In this document: piece by piece, positions 62,305 to 64,000 of the stretch | Layout of the letters: each line of letters starts with the position of its first letter | How positions within the stretch are numbered: the stretch's first letter is position 1 | Assembly (NCBI RefSeq): GCF_037042905.1 | Contig: NC_087249.1 | Location: 7,690,001-7,754,000, forward strand | Reading direction: 5' to 3' | DNA from: Lytechinus pictus | Lineage: Eukaryota | DNA: 64,000 bases | Notes under the pieces: model-generated | Databases searched by the model: none | The model's input: only the letters and a program-made list of their open reading frames with translations | Told to the model about the DNA's origin: nothing | Made by a program: the position numbers and the translations under genes

Positions 62305-64000
62305 GGCTTCTTGTTCGCGTACATCTTGACGATGCGATGCCACTCGAGACGTATTATCAAATAGAATCATCCAAGGGCACGCACTTGACGTACTCACTCC
62401 TGTAATTATTTGCGACGTTGAGAATTATAAATCCATATAATATAGCTAAATGGGCTAGTCTTTATGGGAAAAATTGTTTGTTTGCAATGTCAAAATACAA
62501 TACTGTGTATTCACTCAGGACTGTCTTGGAGTAGAGAATCACTATGATGATTTCGTTTCTGTTACAGCAGTTAAAGAAATGTGTCATAGATCCACAACTT
62601 AATCCACAACATGATATCTGTGACAGAAAACAACTTTCCCCAGACTTTGTGAAAAAACAGCACAAGAATTCCCTCACTTTGAACGCGATAGCTTCTTTGT
62701 AACCGAATCAATGCTCCGTGTACAAGTTAAGAATATGGCCTGATCGACTCATAGATCCGCTTGAACTCGGGTCGAATGCTATGCTACGTTGCCAATTTAC
62801 TGTTGGAAGTGAATCGTTAGCACCCTATGACAGTTGGCATGACGTGATTCGTGCACCAGCTGATTATAGGAAAAGAGCGTAATTAAACATTCTTGCTCAC
62901 AAAGTTCAGTTGGCAACAACGTTTCCCATAGTGCAAAGTGAGTCTTCTATATCTCTCGGATAAATCTTACAGTTTATACACAGTGTACATGTACTCTATA
63001 AAGCATGAAATAATGCAACACTTCCAATCTCATAGTTTGAAGTGACAACTTTCAAGCTCGAATACTGCCTAATACAACACTTCCTACTTGAACATGTACT
63101 TGCCAGTGCACAGCAGCATACAGAGATTAAACTCCTTTGTTTTCATTCGATCCGACCATCCTCTTGAGATGTTATTAGTCAGTGCCACTGAAAGTGAATT
63201 TCAGTCCACCGGGCCACCGCAACCGGCTTACTGCTGGTTATGCTGGCTTCATGCAATTACACTACTGGGTTATTATGGAGTGATTGTTTTCCACGCAGCT
63301 AGAGCTCACATAAGAATCCATTTAGCACAGCGTACGGATAATTGCCAAGGCTCTTTATAACATGATAATCTATGCTGCAGGATGTCATTCTATACTGCTC
63401 ATGTATTATTTAGAGCTCATTTTGTCTTATCATTGTTTCCTATATGGAGCAGAAATAAATGCAGGCGGATATCACAGCAATTTTCACCCCTTTTTCAGAG
63501 GCCAATAAACCTTTACCCCTGATACTCTTAATATTGCTTCTATGACAATTTCGGATTCCTAATGGCTGGCTCAGCCAAGATATTTCCAAAATAGTCTCCC
63601 TCACTCATGCAAAGTGAGCATATATCACTCTGACATTTGACAACACTAAAGAGAGAGAGAGGAGAGCGTATGTGAGAGCTGAGTCTAGGCAATGTTATCA
63701 GACGACTCCCAGCTTGTATCAAAAATAAAGAGCACACATTCCTAGCCCTGCAGATCGGGTGAAGACTGGAATTAAATCCCAGAGATTAATGAACGATACA
63801 TTTGTGATCACATGACGTGTAATTCACTTTCTCCCAGAATATGGATATATAGACTAGACATGCAGGAAACAGATGATTATTGTCTCAATCAACATAAAAC
63901 AATCCTTTAGTCACACCAAATGATGAAAGTGACCTCCCAATCAATGTTTAGCAATCGAAATAGAGTCCACAAACTTCTCCAACATTGCTCTTGGCATACT

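Noticed and set aside
61943..62405. Plus-strand ORFs of 100-101 aa
   Set aside because: Antisense shadows of the GC-rich minus-strand exon
1..64000. Autonomous transposase, reverse transcriptase or prokaryotic defence system
   Set aside because: No long ORF or catalytic motif is visible on either strand; the remaining 60-130 aa ORFs are repeat-derived or random

Overview
AT-rich eukaryotic (metazoan) genomic DNA. The repeat landscape suggests an echinoid (sea-urchin-like) genome, which is an inference. One intron-rich minus-strand gene spans the window. Seven frame-compatible GT-AG exons (25453-25528, 22075-22178, 21175-21270, 8641-8724, 7839-7907, 4347-4446, 1468-1608) encode a GRAM (PH-GRAM) domain followed by an acidic, low-complexity linker. 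The protein is GRAMD1/GRAMD2-family and closest to GRAMD2-like; its 3' end is not resolved in this window. Two candidate alternative first coding exons (42223-42365 and 61964-62304) both end in phase 2, and a candidate 28/46-nt linker exon lies at 37381. The introns are packed with non-autonomous transposons, many nested: TTAA-flanked Kolobok-like MITEs, Harbinger/Tourist-like MITEs, hAT-like elements with 8-bp TSDs, a Sola-like element, tiny piggyBac-like MITEs, a Helentron-type (HINE) element with internal satellite, and two tRNA-derived SINEs. The most unusual signal is a Penelope-like inverted repeat carrying a minimal hammerhead-ribozyme-like motif with U3-A8 covariation (24618-24778). 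No prokaryotic system, CRISPR array, rRNA gene, true tRNA gene or intact transposase ORF was seen. Most ORF-track entries are spurious. All family assignments come from termini, TSDs and remembered motifs, not database searches.
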